Shown: positions 36,223 through 47,014, counted from the first letter of the stretch. The stretch is DNA of 64,000 nucleotides from Candidatus Omnitrophota bacterium (GCA_020632515.1 JACKFK010000004.1:128068-192067); one strand, 5' to 3'. Notes: a model not told the origin generated them from the sequence alone. Numbers and translations: made by a program.

Positions 36223-36750
36223 ATGTCAGAGGATGTGCGGATTTTAAAAAAAGGGCAGTATATTCATTTTTTGCAAAAAGGGCCGTGGGAATATATAAAA
36301 CGCTGCAATTGTACTGGAATTGTGATTATTGTTGCCATGACAGATGAGAAAAAAGTTATATTTGTGGAGCAGTTTCGACCGCCTGTTGGACAGAATGTGA
36401 TTGAATTTCCTGCTGGTTTGGTCAATGATCAAGTTGAATATGAGAATGAAACTTTCTTAGATGCCGCAAAAAGGGAGCTGTATGAAGAAACTGGATTTGA
36501 GGCGCAGGGTATTGAAAAAATTATGCATGGCCCAGTCTCAGGCGGGTCCAGCGCGGATTTAGTTACTATTGTCCGTGCGCTTGGGTTAAAAAAAATTCAT
36601 CCTGGTGGCGGAAATGAAGATGAAGACATTACGATTCATGAAGTCGATCTTGATAAAGTTGATCACTGGCTGAAAACGCAGGAAGAACGAGGGTGCTTAA
36701 TTGAACCAAAAGTCTACACGGGGCTTTACTTTCTTAGGTTCGGCCGTTAG
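36223..36750 (+). CDS. Nudix hydrolase (ADP-ribose pyrophosphatase-like)
   Basis: Nudix box 'GLVNDQVEYENETFLDAAKRELYEETGF' (GX5EX7REUXEEXGU). SD 'AAAGAGG' lies upstream of ATG 36223. Confidence 0.8.
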   Translation: MSEDVRILKKGQYIHFLQKGPWEYIKRCNCTGIVIIVAMTDEKKVIFVEQFRPPVGQNVIEFPAGLVNDQVEYENETFLDAAKRELYEETGFEAQGIEKIMHGPVSGGSSADLVTIVRALGLKKIHPGGGNEDEDITIHEVDLDKVDHWLKTQEERGCLIEPKVYTGLYFLRFGR

Positions 36751-36889
36751 GGTAAAGTCTGGGATGGTAAAAAAAATCTTGATTTTAGAAGCGATTTCAA
36801 TAGAATGTCTTAGATCTAATTTATAAATTATGTTATAAAAATTGGCGAAATGAAAAATAATCGCTAACCTATTTGAAGGAGAAGATGTT

Positions 36890-37939
36890 ATGAGTAATGT
36901 TTTAGACTATTTGGCGAAAGAAGACAAAAGCTTATTAGAGCATAAATGTAAAACAATCCCGAAAGAAACGCTTAGTTTACCAAGCGGGGATTTTGTTGAC
37001 CGTAACTTTATTCCTTCCGATCGTAACAATAATGTTTTGCGCGGATTGAATTGGCTTTATCAGCATGGCCGTTTAGGGGGAACTGGATACATGTCGATTC
37101 TTCCTGTTGATCAAGGTATTGAACATACTGCCGGGGCTTCATTTGCTCCTAATCCAGAATATTTTGATCCAGAAAATATTGTGAAATTAGCGGTTGAAGG
37201 CGGATGTAATGGAGTTGCTTCAACTTTAGGTGTTTTAGGGTTAGTTTCCCGCAAATATGCGCATAGAATTCCTTTCATTGTAAAGATTAATCATAATGAA
37301 TTATTAACTTATCCGAATAAATTTGATCAGCGTCTTTTTGCAGATGTAGAACAAGCCTACGATATGGGTGCTGTCGGTATTGGCGCGACGATTTATTTTG
37401 GTTCTGAAGAATCTTCACGTCAGATTGAAGAAATTTCATTGGCTTTTAAGCGGGCGCATGAATTAGGATTGTTTACTATTCTCTGGTGTTATACGCGTAA
37501 CAACGCTTTTAAACAAAAAGATAAAGATTATCATGTGGCTGCTGATTTAACAGGGCAGGCGAATCATTTAGGGGTCACTATTGAAGCGGATGTCATCAAA
37601 CAAAAGTTGCCGGAGAATAACGGTGGTTTTAACGCGATTAAGTTTGCGAAAACACATCCTTTTGTTTACGAAAAGTTATCATCAGATAACCCAATTGATC
37701 TTTGCCGGTATCAAGTCGCGAATTGTTATATGGGTAAGATCGGTTTGATTAATTCCGGTGGAGCTTCCGGAGATAACGATTTTGCTGAAGCTGTTAAAAC
37801 AGCCGTAATTAATAAAAGAGCTGGCGGCAGCGGGTTAATTTCTGGAAGAAAAGCGTTTCAACGCCCGATGAAAGAAGGGGTAAATCTTTTAAACGCTATT
37901 CAAGATGTTTATCTTTCTAAAGAAGTAACGATTGCTTAA
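36890..37939 (+). CDS. fbaB: Class I fructose-bisphosphate aldolase, DhnA/FbaB type
   Basis: Near-colinear similarity to E. coli FbaB as I recall it: '[35 protein letters not shown]', '[18 protein letters not shown]', '[12 protein letters not shown]', '[20 protein letters not shown]'. Confidence 0.9.
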   Translation: MSNVLDYLAKEDKSLLEHKCKTIPKETLSLPSGDFVDRNFIPSDRNNNVLRGLNWLYQHGRLGGTGYMSILPVDQGIEHTAGASFAPNPEYFDPENIVKLAVEGGCNGVASTLGVLGLVSRKYAHRIPFIVKINHNELLTYPNKFDQRLFADVEQAYDMGAVGIGATIYFGSEESSRQIEEISLAFKRAHELGLFTILWCYTRNNAFKQKDKDYHVAADLTGQANHLGVTIEADVIKQKLPENNGGFNAIKFAKTHPFVYEKLSSDNPIDLCRYQVANCYMGKIGLINSGGASGDNDFAEAVKTAVINKRAGGSGLISGRKAFQRPMKEGVNLLNAIQDVYLSKEVTIA

Positions 37940-37991
37940 GTAATTTTTAATGAAAAAGTTACTCGTTGAAAAGTCACTAAGTTGCTAGAAT

Positions 37992-38025
37992 AAAGGACAG
38001 GCGTTTGCCTGTCCTTTCTATTTTT
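37992..38025 (+). terminator. Rho-independent terminator after fbaB
   Basis: AAAGGACAGGC-gttt-GCCTGTCCTTT hairpin followed by CTATTTTT. Confidence 0.75.
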
Positions 38026-38043
38026 GATCCATAAGCGAGTGAC

Positions 38044-39669
38044 ATGATAAATTTCCTTTTTAAATATTGCCTTCATTTTATTTCTTTATTTTGTCTTCTC
38101 ATACTCCTTACTTTTTTCTTTTACCAGCGTGTTAATCTCACCACAGCAGACTTAGGCCGACATATTCAAAACGGTCGGTTGTTTGTTGAACAGAAGCAGA
38201 TCTTACATACAAATTTTTATTCTTATACGGAACCTGAATTTCCCACAGTTACCCATCACTGGGGGACGGGCGTAATCTTTTATCATATTTGGAAATCTTT
38301 TGGATTTTATGGGGTCTCGCTTTTTTATACAGCCATTTTACTGGCAACATTTTTAATATTTTTTTGGCTGGCGCAAAGGTTAAGCAGTTTTTCGTATGCC
38401 TTTATTTTTGCGGTTCTGAGTTTGCCATTGATCACCAGCCGAGTGGAAATCCGTCCGGAAGGTTTTAGCGCTCTTTTGTTAGGGGTATATTTTTTCCTCT
38501 TATATTCTGTTAAGTTAAAGAAAATTTCATTTAAGGTGTTATGGGTTTTACCGTTTCTGCAATTGCTATGGACAAATTTGCATATCTTTTTTATTTTCGG
38601 CCCATTTCTCATTTTACTCTTTCTACTGGATAATCAATGGCAGGAGGAAAGAGTAAGTCAAAAGTTATGGGTGTTTTTATTCTTTGCGACAGCGCTGGTT
38701 TGTTTTATTAATCCTTTTGGGATAAAAGGGGTGTTAACGCCGTTTTTTATTTTAAAGGAATATGGGTACATGCTGGCGGAGAATCAATCGGTTTTTTTTA
38801 TGCAGAAGCGTTTTCCTAAAAATCCTTTATATATTCATTATGAACTGATGATAGGCGTGATTTTTTTCATTACAGTTTTGAATCTATGGATGAAAAAATG
38901 GAAGAGTATTTTTATTGCGTTTATTTTACTTGGGATGTTTTCAGTTTTAGCTTTTAAAAGTATTCGTGCGATTTCTTTTTTCGGGTTTTTATTTATACCT
39001 TGTGGTGCGTTGCTGAGTTTTCAACTGCTTGATCAACTACCTTTTAAACGAAAAAATATTATGGCAGGGATTGTTATGGTTTCATGTTTTGGTTTAGTTT
39101 TAGCTGGGCTGATTGGGAAAAAACATTATTACAGCCCTTATCAAAAATTAAATCTTCCGTTTATTATTGAAGATATTGAGCAGGCTAGACTATGGAGCGG
39201 CGTCGCATTAAAAAATTTTAGAATCTTGCCCGGATTGTTACCGAGGGTAAATCAATCAGCGGAGTTTTTTAAACAAAATCATTTAGAAGGTCCGATTTTT
39301 AACAATTATGATATCGGTGGATATCTCATTTATCATCTGTATCCAACGGAAAAGTTGTTTGTGGATAATCGGCCGGAAAGTTACAGTGTGGATTTTTTTC
39401 AGAAAACGTATATTCCGATGCAGAGTAATGAGAAGGTATGGCAAGCTATGGATCGTCAATATCAATTTAATTGTATTTATTTCTATCGTCATGATATTAC
39501 GCCTTGGGCACAACCCTTTTTGATCCGCCGGATTACGGATCCTGCTTGGGCGCCGGTGTATGTTGATTGGTATACGATTATTTTATTAAAAAGAAATCCA
39601 ATCAATACGAAAGTGATTCAGCAATATGAATTGCCGCAATCTTTATTTAGCGTTTCTACTAATGAATAA
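38044..39669 (+). CDS. Polytopic membrane protein (about 12 TM) with a C-terminal soluble domain; GT-C-like putative glycosyltransferase
   Basis: Hydrophobicity pattern. First-loop motif 'TTADLGRHIQNGR....HTNFYSYTEPEFPTVTHHWG'. The C-terminal ~170 aa are non-hydrophobic. Function inferred from architecture only. Confidence 0.35.
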   Translation: MINFLFKYCLHFISLFCLLILLTFFFYQRVNLTTADLGRHIQNGRLFVEQKQILHTNFYSYTEPEFPTVTHHWGTGVIFYHIWKSFGFYGVSLFYTAILLATFLIFFWLAQRLSSFSYAFIFAVLSLPLITSRVEIRPEGFSALLLGVYFFLLYSVKLKKISFKVLWVLPFLQLLWTNLHIFFIFGPFLILLFLLDNQWQEERVSQKLWVFLFFATALVCFINPFGIKGVLTPFFILKEYGYMLAENQSVFFMQKRFPKNPLYIHYELMIGVIFFITVLNLWMKKWKSIFIAFILLGMFSVLAFKSIRAISFFGFLFIPCGALLSFQLLDQLPFKRKNIMAGIVMVSCFGLVLAGLIGKKHYYSPYQKLNLPFIIEDIEQARLWSGVALKNFRILPGLLPRVNQSAEFFKQNHLEGPIFNNYDIGGYLIYHLYPTEKLFVDNRPESYSVDFFQKTYIPMQSNEKVWQAMDRQYQFNCIYFYRHDITPWAQPFLIRRITDPAWAPVYVDWYTIILLKRNPINTKVIQQYELPQSLFSVSTNE

Positions 39670-39689
39670 ATCTGATATAATTTTGATAT

Positions 39690-40247
39690 ATGAATAAAAA
39701 TTCCTTTCGCGATAAAATCTTTATTACTTTCTTAATTTTTCAAATATGGGGCGTTATTTTTTCTTTCTTTGCTTTCGCGCGGGAGGAAGCGGATGTTCAG
39801 CCAGCGGTTGAGATAGTTAATCTACATACATGTCGTGATGAAAAAATGAAAGTAGAATTCTTATGCTATCCTGATTGGGAACTTAAAACCGAGAATGATA
39901 CGCTATTAATGATTATTTCTGATCAACCATATGTTACTTTTACGATTGCTAAATCTGAATCACCAGTAATTTTTCTAAAACAATTAACAAATTCTGTTTT
40001 ACAAGAGTTAGGCCAGTATCAAGATGGGTTTAAAACGCAGGTGGTCTTATTGGCTGGCGAAGAAGCAATTCAAATTATGGGCGTATCAAAGGAACTCTTA
40101 AGTTCTGGGTTTAATGATTATTATTTAATTCATGATTTGCAGCTTTATAGTTTTCTATTCTCGGTGGATCCGAAAGAACGATGGAAGGATTATGAAGATT
40201 TGATCTATCGGATTAAGGAAAGTATAAAATTTAGTGAGAATAATTAG
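39690..40247 (+). CDS. Secreted hypothetical protein
   Basis: N-terminal hydrophobic signal 'FLIFQIWGVIFSFFAFA'. No recognised motif. Confidence 0.35.
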   Translation: MNKNSFRDKIFITFLIFQIWGVIFSFFAFAREEADVQPAVEIVNLHTCRDEKMKVEFLCYPDWELKTENDTLLMIISDQPYVTFTIAKSESPVIFLKQLTNSVLQELGQYQDGFKTQVVLLAGEEAIQIMGVSKELLSSGFNDYYLIHDLQLYSFLFSVDPKERWKDYEDLIYRIKESIKFSENN

Positions 40248-40283
40248 AACGGCTAAGAAGCCGGCTGTTTAGAAGGAGATCAA

Positions 40284-40883
40284 ATGAATACAATTGATGC
40301 TATTAAACAACGTCGGGCTATTAAACATTATGATTCACAGCATGAGATGTCGAATGAAGAAATTCAAGAATTGATGTCATTGGCAATGTTATCGCCTACT
40401 TCGTTTAATATTCAGAATTGGCGTTTTGTGGTTGTAAAAGATAAGGATCTCCGGCAAAAAATTCGAGTAGCGGCTTGGGATCAGGCGCAGGTGACAGATG
40501 CCTCGTTACTGGTTATCTTATGTGCGCATTTGAAGTCTTGGGCTAATCCGCAGAGATATTGGGTGAATGCGCCCCAGCCGGTACAGGATTTTTTAGTGCC
40601 GATGATTGAAGAATTTTATAAAGAAAAAGAGCAGTTGCAGCGTGATGAAGCCATGCGTTCTTGCGGAATCGCAGCGCAGACATTAATGCTGGCGGCAAAA
40701 TCATTAGGGTATGATTCTTGTCCTATGGTTGGATATGATGCCGAACAAGTGGCTAAGCTTATTAAATTACCCGACGATTATGTGATTTCAATGTTTGTTG
40801 TAATTGGAAAAGCTGTTAAGGCTGCCTGGCCGCGGCCGGGGCAGCTGTCGTCAGAAGAAGTTATTATTGAAAATCATTTCTAA
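40284..40883 (+). CDS. Nitroreductase-family flavoprotein
   Basis: 'IKQRRAIKHY', 'PTSFNIQNWRFVVV', 'GYDSCPMVGYD' typical of the NfnB/NfsA-like fold. Confidence 0.8.
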   Translation: MNTIDAIKQRRAIKHYDSQHEMSNEEIQELMSLAMLSPTSFNIQNWRFVVVKDKDLRQKIRVAAWDQAQVTDASLLVILCAHLKSWANPQRYWVNAPQPVQDFLVPMIEEFYKEKEQLQRDEAMRSCGIAAQTLMLAAKSLGYDSCPMVGYDAEQVAKLIKLPDDYVISMFVVIGKAVKAAWPRPGQLSSEEVIIENHF

Positions 40884-40917
40884 ACCTTATATACACCTTT
40901 AGGAAAGGAGAATCAAG

Positions 40918-41199
40918 ATGTCTACATTTATTATGATTGGCCGGTATTCATTTGAGGCAACCAGTGGAATGAGCCCGGATCGTACATCCAAAGCGATTCA
41001 TTTAATTAAGGAACTTGGAGGGGAAGTTCGTTCAATGTATGCTCTTTTAGGGGATCGGGATCTTTTTCTAAAAGTGGATCTGCCTGATATGAAGACGGCC
41101 ATGAAGGTGTCTTTAGGCCTTAATGTTCTAACAGGGATTTCTTTTACCACCTATCCAGCAGTTGAAATTGATGATTTTGATAAGATGTTTGGGAGGTAA
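40918..41199 (+). CDS. GYD-domain protein
   Basis: 93 aa; 'FIMIGRYS....', 'GGEVRSMYALLGDRDLFLKVDLPD' matches the GYD family pattern (here G-D-R-D). Confidence 0.65.
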   Translation: MSTFIMIGRYSFEATSGMSPDRTSKAIHLIKELGGEVRSMYALLGDRDLFLKVDLPDMKTAMKVSLGLNVLTGISFTTYPAVEIDDFDKMFGR

Positions 41200-41266
41200 A
41201 AGATAATTTAAAAAATATTATTGATTGCTGGAATTCCTAAGAATTTTCTATAAAATAAAATTTGAT

Positions 41267-42034
41267 ATGAATAGTAGATTTTATATAGTTTTTCTTTCCA
41301 TTTTTTTTCTCTGTATTTCTACAAGCGGAGCAATAGCGGCTGATGCGCCTTACGATTATAAAAACTTCAAAAAATATAATCCAGATGTTAACAAATATGA
41401 ATTTGTTAAAAATTATATCATTGCATTATCATATTTAAAAACAATCGTGGAGAGAGAGGAAAAAGCGGTTTCCATGGGGTTTAATGAGCTGCATGATCCG
41501 ATTCATGTTAAAATTTTGATTGGCAATAATGCTAAAGATAATTTGAATTTGCGGATTGCCCGAAATTTGCTTAAGAATTTTAAAAATCAGGAAAATGGAT
41601 TAATTCTTAAAGCCATTGATTTATTTACGCAGGCCTGCAATGTAAAAACTGTAATTAATAATGAAGAAAAAAAATATTTAACGAATCTTTACAACGCTCA
41701 GACGGAAGGGCAAATGGACACCTTTGGCGCGGCAGAATTTAATAAAAACCAGGAAGATTGGTCTAACCGTCGTAAGGAGGCATCAAAAGAAATTCTTGAA
41801 GCTTCCTTATTAGTCCAAAAGGTTCTGATTAGTGCTGAAACAAATTCATATGGTGATTTTGAGAAATTAGCTGTGACCGAAAATGAGCGGGATAATCTTC
41901 TAGATCGGCTTAATGAATTTTATGGAGATGGTTATGATGATGAAGTCCGTGACGGGCAAACTTTTCTTGAAGGCAGTGTATCAGCCATCCGCGAAATTCT
42001 TAAAGATTACAATTGGCAATCTTATGACGGATGA
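41267..42034 (+). CDS. Secreted hypothetical protein
   Basis: ATG 41267 gives the signal peptide 'FLSIFFLCISTSGAIAADA'. Helical, Lys/Glu/Asn-rich; no motif recognised. Confidence 0.35.
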   Translation: MNSRFYIVFLSIFFLCISTSGAIAADAPYDYKNFKKYNPDVNKYEFVKNYIIALSYLKTIVEREEKAVSMGFNELHDPIHVKILIGNNAKDNLNLRIARNLLKNFKNQENGLILKAIDLFTQACNVKTVINNEEKKYLTNLYNAQTEGQMDTFGAAEFNKNQEDWSNRRKEASKEILEASLLVQKVLISAETNSYGDFEKLAVTENERDNLLDRLNEFYGDGYDDEVRDGQTFLEGSVSAIREILKDYNWQSYDG

Positions 42035-42181
42035 GACTTTTTTTTATAAATAATTTTGGATGTTTTTTTCTATTTTAAAATGTAAGAAAGTGTGTAATAA
42101 AGAATTGACAAGAGTAAAGTAAGAATGTTACAATAAAACATTAATTGACAAGTATTTGTATAATTCATGAATATTTAGAAT

Positions 42182-42436
42182 ATGGAAAATAATTTAAAGA
42201 AAAAATTATTAAAAGATCGCAAGGTTGTTGAAGAAATCAACCGCCATTTGTGGATTGAAAGTGAAAAAGCCGGGCATGATATCGGGTTTGATAACGCGGC
42301 CGCTGATTGGCTGGAGCGTTTTTCCAAAGCCTGGCTGGAATATCATATGCCAAAGAAATCTGCAGCAACTACCACGGAATCATCAACAAAAAAAGACAAG
42401 TCTTCCTCCAAGACTGACCATTCAAAAAAGAGTTAA
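42182..42436 (+). CDS. Small conserved-looking protein with an 'HLWIESEKAGHDIGFD..A..DW' motif and a Ser/Lys/Thr-rich tail
   Basis: 84 aa. The motif resembles a recurring small bacterial domain whose name I cannot place. Preceded by TTGACA-N18-TACAAT (42105-42134). Confidence 0.4.
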   Translation: MENNLKKKLLKDRKVVEEINRHLWIESEKAGHDIGFDNAAADWLERFSKAWLEYHMPKKSAATTTESSTKKDKSSSKTDHSKKS

Positions 42437-42490
42437 AAAAAATTAAAGTTATTGCTAAAAAGGGATTTCGCTTTTTTCTAAATATTGAGA

Positions 42491-42545
42491 GCTGATATTT
42501 GAAGGCTGAAAGTGATATATCGAACAAGAGAGCCTTTGTGACTTT
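42491..42545 (+). repeat. Copy of the dispersed intergenic repeat (TGATATTTGAAGGCTGAAAG box + CTTTGTGAC box)
   Basis: GCTGATATTTGAAGGCTGAAAG matches GTTGATATCTGAAGGCTGATAG (47099-47120) at 19 of 22 positions. CTTTGTGACTTT is the reverse complement of the AAAGTCACAAAG motif. Confidence 0.6.
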
Positions 42546-42661
42546 ATCGTTTTAATTATCCTTCACATTTTTTTAAATTTGTGTAGAATGTAAAAGTTAT
42601 TTTAAGCAAGTTAGCAGGAAATTGTTAATTCATTTATTTTAAAGCGAAGGAGTAATTCACG

Positions 42662-43408
42662 ATGATTAAATTAGTTTTATTACGTCATGGAGAAAGTATT
42701 TGGAATAAAGAAAACCGGTTTACCGGATGGAAAGATGTGGATCTTTCGGAAAAAGGTCTGCAAGAAGCAACCGAAGCTGGACGTGTTTTAAAAGAAGCCG
42801 GGTATACATTTGATGTGGCGTATACCTCAGTTTTAAAACGGGCGATACGTACATTATGGATTACATTGGATCAGTTAGATTTAATGTGGATTCCTGTGAT
42901 TCGTTCTTGGAAATTGAATGAGCGTCATTACGGTGCTTTACAAGGATTAAACAAGGCGGAAACCGCTAAACAGTATGGAGAAGAGCAGGTTTTAATTTGG
43001 CGGCGCAGTTATGCCACGCCTCCGCCGGAATTAACAAAAGATGATGAACGCTATCCCGGAAAAGATCCGCGGTATAAAGATGTGAGTGAAGCAGAATTGC
43101 CAGTAACAGAAAGTTTAGATTCAACGGTAAAACGTTTTGTGCCTTATTGGAATGATGTCATAGCAAAAGACGTAAAGGCCGGAAAAAAAGTTGTCATTGC
43201 TGCTCATGGTAATAGTTTGCGTGCTTTGGTCAAGCATTTGGATAATATGTCAGAAGAAGATATTCTGAAATTAAATATTCCGACAGGAATTCCTTTAGTT
43301 TATGAATTAGATGAAAACTTAAAGGCAATCAAGCATTACTATTTGGGTGATCAAAGTAAGATTGAACAAGCTATGAACGCGGTTGCCAATCAGGGGAAGG
43401 CAAAGTAG
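42662..43408 (+). CDS. gpmA: 2,3-bisphosphoglycerate-dependent phosphoglycerate mutase
   Basis: '[20 protein letters not shown]', 'ERHYGALQG', '[10 protein letters not shown]'. Confidence 0.95.
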   Translation: MIKLVLLRHGESIWNKENRFTGWKDVDLSEKGLQEATEAGRVLKEAGYTFDVAYTSVLKRAIRTLWITLDQLDLMWIPVIRSWKLNERHYGALQGLNKAETAKQYGEEQVLIWRRSYATPPPELTKDDERYPGKDPRYKDVSEAELPVTESLDSTVKRFVPYWNDVIAKDVKAGKKVVIAAHGNSLRALVKHLDNMSEEDILKLNIPTGIPLVYELDENLKAIKHYYLGDQSKIEQAMNAVANQGKAK

Positions 43409-43437
43409 ACACAAAGTCACAAAGTCACAAGAGTTCA
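43401..43437 (+). repeat. Tandem 8-mer array (CAAAGTCA)n straddling the gpmA stop
   Basis: CAAAGTAG-aca-CAAAGTCA-CAAAGTCA-CAAGAGTT, read directly. Confidence 0.6.
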
Positions 43438-43561
43438 GTTTTGATTGTTCGGTTGCATCATGGGTGAGATGTGATATGATGGTTGTTCTCAATTAAATTA
43501 TCTTCCTGTTTTGCCACTCTGGTAATCTAAAATAGGAAAGCAAAACAAAAAGGAGTTTATA

Positions 43562-44551
43562 ATGAAATTTAAAATCCCTGATACGCCGGAAGAATTATTC
43601 CGTCAAGGCGGAAAAATTCCTAATATGAATAAATGGGTGCCGACACTTTTTTTCTTTTTGATCCTTGGCTTTATCGCGGTAACCAGTTTTTATTCAGTAG
43701 AACAGGATGAGGTTGGTGTGATCCGCCGGTTTGGTAAATATTATCAAACAACTCAGCCAGGTCTGCATTGGAAGCTTCCCTTTAATATCGACAAACTTAA
43801 TAAAGTGAAAGTTAAATTTGTTCATAAACAAGAATTTGGATTTAGAACTCTACAGCCTGGAATTCAGACGAAATATTCAGGGAAATCCTATGATGACGAA
43901 GCATTAATGCTCACCGGTGATTTAAACGTGCTTGATGTTTCTTGGATTGTTCAGTTTGTGGTAAAAGATCCGGTTCACTTATTATTTAGTGTGCGTAATC
44001 CAGGAGAAACGGTTCGTGATTTATCAGAATCCACGATGCGCCAGGTGATTGGTGATCATTCCGTGACAGAGGCCTTAACAACGCAGAAAAATGAAATTAG
44101 TCAACAGGCTAAAGAAAAACTACAAGAAGCGTTAGATAGTTATAAAAGTGGTGTTCAAATTGTGAAGTTAGAACTGCAAGAAGTTCTTCCTCCTAAACCA
44201 GTCACAAAATCATTTAATGAAGTTAATGAAGCGGAACAGGAACGGGAAAAGGTCATTAATGAATCTTGGGAAGCGTATAATAAAGTAATCCCGAAAGCGC
44301 GCGGGCAAGCAGAGAAAACAATTCGAGAGGCGGAAGGATACGCCGGCGCCCGGATTGAAAAAGCGCGGGGAGACGCCAATAAATTTATTGAAACTTGGAC
44401 GGCTTATAAAGAAGCCAAAGATGTAACACGGCGGCGTCTTTATTTGGAAACATTAGAAGATATTATCCCTCGGGCTGGAAAAATTTATGTTTTTGAGCCA
44501 GGAGCTAACGCGATTTTACCATTATTAAATTTAAGTGAGGGGGGTAAATAA
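43562..44551 (+). CDS. hflK: HflK (SPFH/band-7 FtsH modulator)
   Basis: N-terminal TM helix; 'SFYSVEQDEVGVIRRFGKY', 'PGLHWKLPF', coiled-coil C-terminus. Followed by hflC with an ATAATG junction. Confidence 0.85.
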   Translation: MKFKIPDTPEELFRQGGKIPNMNKWVPTLFFFLILGFIAVTSFYSVEQDEVGVIRRFGKYYQTTQPGLHWKLPFNIDKLNKVKVKFVHKQEFGFRTLQPGIQTKYSGKSYDDEALMLTGDLNVLDVSWIVQFVVKDPVHLLFSVRNPGETVRDLSESTMRQVIGDHSVTEALTTQKNEISQQAKEKLQEALDSYKSGVQIVKLELQEVLPPKPVTKSFNEVNEAEQEREKVINESWEAYNKVIPKARGQAEKTIREAEGYAGARIEKARGDANKFIETWTAYKEAKDVTRRRLYLETLEDIIPRAGKIYVFEPGANAILPLLNLSEGGK

Positions 44552-45537
44552 TGAATAAAGGCTTTAATCTATTAATAGTTTTTGTTTTTATGGGGATTTT
44601 GTTAGTTGCAAGTGGAGCTTTTTATACTATTGATGAAAAAGAGCAGGTAGTAGTTACGCAATTTGGACGTTTAGTTGATAAGCCCATTACAAAAGCGGGG
44701 CTTTATTTCAAATTGCCTTTTATTCAGAAAGCGAATTATTTTGATAAAAGGATTTTACAATGGGATGGTGATGCTAATCAAATTCCAACGAGGGAAAAAC
44801 GTTTTATATGGGTGGATACAACAGCTCGTTGGCAGATTGTTGATCCGCTCAAATTTATGCAGAAGGTTGGAACAGAATTAAACGCGCAAACGCGCTTGGA
44901 TGATATTATTGATGCGTCTACTCGTGATATTGTTTCAAGTCACCGCCTTGTGGAATTAATCCGCAGCAGTAATCGGTTATTAGAAGAAAATAAAAAAGAA
45001 ATATTAGACAGCAGCGTCATGACGGAATTTGGTAAAACAGTTTTAGAACCTATTAAAGTTGGCCGCGAAGAATTAGCGATTAAAATTCTTCAGCGCGCTC
45101 GCGAGTCAATCGCTGATTACGGGATTGAATTAGTGGATGTCAGGATTAAGCGGTTAAATTATGTTAATGAAGTTCAGGCCAAAGTCTATGAACGGATGAT
45201 TTCTGAACGAAAACGAGCCGCTGAGAAATATCGTTCTGAAGGGCAGGGGAAAAAAGCGGAAATTGAAGGGTTGCGGGAAAAAGAATTAATTGAGATTAAC
45301 GCGGAAGCGTATCGTAAAGCCGAAGAAATTAAAGGAAAAGCTGATGCAGAGGCTATTAAAATTTATGCCGACGCATATAATAAAGATCCTGAGTTTTATA
45401 CTTTTGTTAAAACATTAGAATCTTATCGTAAGACGATTAATCAACAGACAACACTAATGTTATCTACGGAAAATGAGTTTTATGAACATTTAAATGGCAT
45501 AGCAGGATTTAAATCTATTTCACATCAACAACCGTAG
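44551..45537 (+). CDS. hflC: HflC (SPFH/band-7 FtsH modulator)
   Basis: 'FYTIDEKEQVVVTQFGR', 'GLYFKLPFIQ', 'YGIELVDVRIKR', 'ERKRAAEKYRSEG'. Confidence 0.85.
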   Translation: MNKGFNLLIVFVFMGILLVASGAFYTIDEKEQVVVTQFGRLVDKPITKAGLYFKLPFIQKANYFDKRILQWDGDANQIPTREKRFIWVDTTARWQIVDPLKFMQKVGTELNAQTRLDDIIDASTRDIVSSHRLVELIRSSNRLLEENKKEILDSSVMTEFGKTVLEPIKVGREELAIKILQRARESIADYGIELVDVRIKRLNYVNEVQAKVYERMISERKRAAEKYRSEGQGKKAEIEGLREKELIEINAEAYRKAEEIKGKADAEAIKIYADAYNKDPEFYTFVKTLESYRKTINQQTTLMLSTENEFYEHLNGIAGFKSISHQQP

Positions 45538-45602
45538 TATAGAGCCGTAACAATAATAGAGCTTTTTTTGTAAGACGATGGTTAATTCATATTAAATTTT
45601 GA

Positions 45603-45634
45603 GCCGCTGGGAGTATATCCCGGCGGCTTTTTTT
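45603..45634 (+). terminator. Rho-independent terminator after hflC
   Basis: GCCGCTGGGA-gtata-TCCCGGCGGC stem followed by T7. Confidence 0.8.
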
Positions 45635-45679
45635 CTAGAAACCTAAACACTTCTTTATTTTAATTTATTTGTAATTATT

Positions 45680-46552
45680 ATGACGCGTATCCCAACGAAA
45701 AATTATGAAGTTTCATTGAGTGTAGATCGAAATCATCAAGGACAAGAAGAAATTCTCGCGTGCTTGTTTGAAGGCTTAGCCATCGCGCGTGAAGATATTG
45801 TAGAGGAATACACGCCATCTAAACTTCAGGTTAAAGTTTACTGTTCACGTGAAGCAAAAGCTAAACAATTGCTTGCTCAAATAGAACAGTTTAATTTGAA
45901 AAATCTCACAGTAACCTGCCGGGTGTTAACTAAAACAGATTGGCTGACAAAGTGGCATGATGAGTTTAAACCTTTTGCTCTAACTAAAAATATTTGGGTT
46001 GTTCCAGCTTGGTTAAAAAATAAATTTTCAATGCCCAATAAATCATTAATTTATATTGATACAACTGTCGCGTTTGGAACAGGGCTTCATCCAACAACGC
46101 AATATATGGCCAAATTTATTGAACAATCGCGAAAACACTTTAAATCATTTCTTGATATCGGAACAGGAACAGGTATTTTAACGTTGGTGGCTTTATGCTG
46201 TCAGGCCAAAGATGTGTTTGCTCTTGATATCAGCCGAGATGCGATTCGGATTGCCCAGGAGAATTTTAAGAATAACGGTTTTGATACCGTAAAAACGCAT
46301 GCGGTTGATTTCAACAAATTCAAACATGAGAAAACTTATGATTTTGTCGCGGCTAACTTGATCACGCAGGATCTTATTCAATTTAAAAATAAGATTGTTG
46401 CTAAGGTTAAACTTAAAGGATATTTAGCTGTGTCAGGAATTTCAGTGGATAATATAGATAAATTTAGAAAAGAATTTTCTACCTTACCATTGCGATGTAT
46501 TAAAATTAAAAAGGGAAAAGGGTGGAGCGCGTTATTATTTAGGAGAGTATAA
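45680..46552 (+). CDS. prmA: Ribosomal protein L11 methyltransferase
   Basis: 'IDTTVAFGTGLHPTT', 'FLDIGTGTGILT' SAM motif, 'VANL'. Confidence 0.8.
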   Translation: MTRIPTKNYEVSLSVDRNHQGQEEILACLFEGLAIAREDIVEEYTPSKLQVKVYCSREAKAKQLLAQIEQFNLKNLTVTCRVLTKTDWLTKWHDEFKPFALTKNIWVVPAWLKNKFSMPNKSLIYIDTTVAFGTGLHPTTQYMAKFIEQSRKHFKSFLDIGTGTGILTLVALCCQAKDVFALDISRDAIRIAQENFKNNGFDTVKTHAVDFNKFKHEKTYDFVAANLITQDLIQFKNKIVAKVKLKGYLAVSGISVDNIDKFRKEFSTLPLRCIKIKKGKGWSALLFRRV

Positions 46553-46602
46553 GGTTGATCAACTATCAGTTGTCAGTTTTAATTTGAATGTGATTTTAGA
46601 AA

Positions 46603-47010
46603 ATGAATCTTGATAAAAGTAATGAATTAGCCACAAAAATGCGGCAGTTAAAGATTTATGAAAAGGATATTGTTGAACAATTTGTCCGTTCTTCAGGTCC
46701 AGGTGGGCAGAATATTAATAAAGTTGCGACCTGTGTAATGCTTGAACATATTCCAACAGGTATACGGATTAAATGCCAGGAAGGACGGACTCAAGGCGCT
46801 AATAGGATTCAGGCCCGTTGGTTGTTGATTGAACGGATTTTAGAAAATATTGAAAAAGAAAAGCTAGAACGAACGCAAAAATTGGAGAAAAAAAAACGGC
46901 AAAATCGTAAACGGCCGCAATTTTTAAAAGAGGAAATTTTAAAGCAAAAACGTCAGCAATCGCAAAAAAAAGAACAACGACGGAAAATTAAATTAGATAA
47001 TTTGGAATGA
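46603..47010 (+). CDS. arfB: ArfB-type peptidyl-tRNA hydrolase (alternative ribosome-rescue factor, RF-1 domain)
   Basis: '[12 protein letters not shown]' GGQ motif; 135 aa with a highly basic C-terminal tail. Confidence 0.8.
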   Translation: MNLDKSNELATKMRQLKIYEKDIVEQFVRSSGPGGQNINKVATCVMLEHIPTGIRIKCQEGRTQGANRIQARWLLIERILENIEKEKLERTQKLEKKKRQNRKRPQFLKEEILKQKRQQSQKKEQRRKIKLDNLE

Positions 47011-47014
47011 TGTT

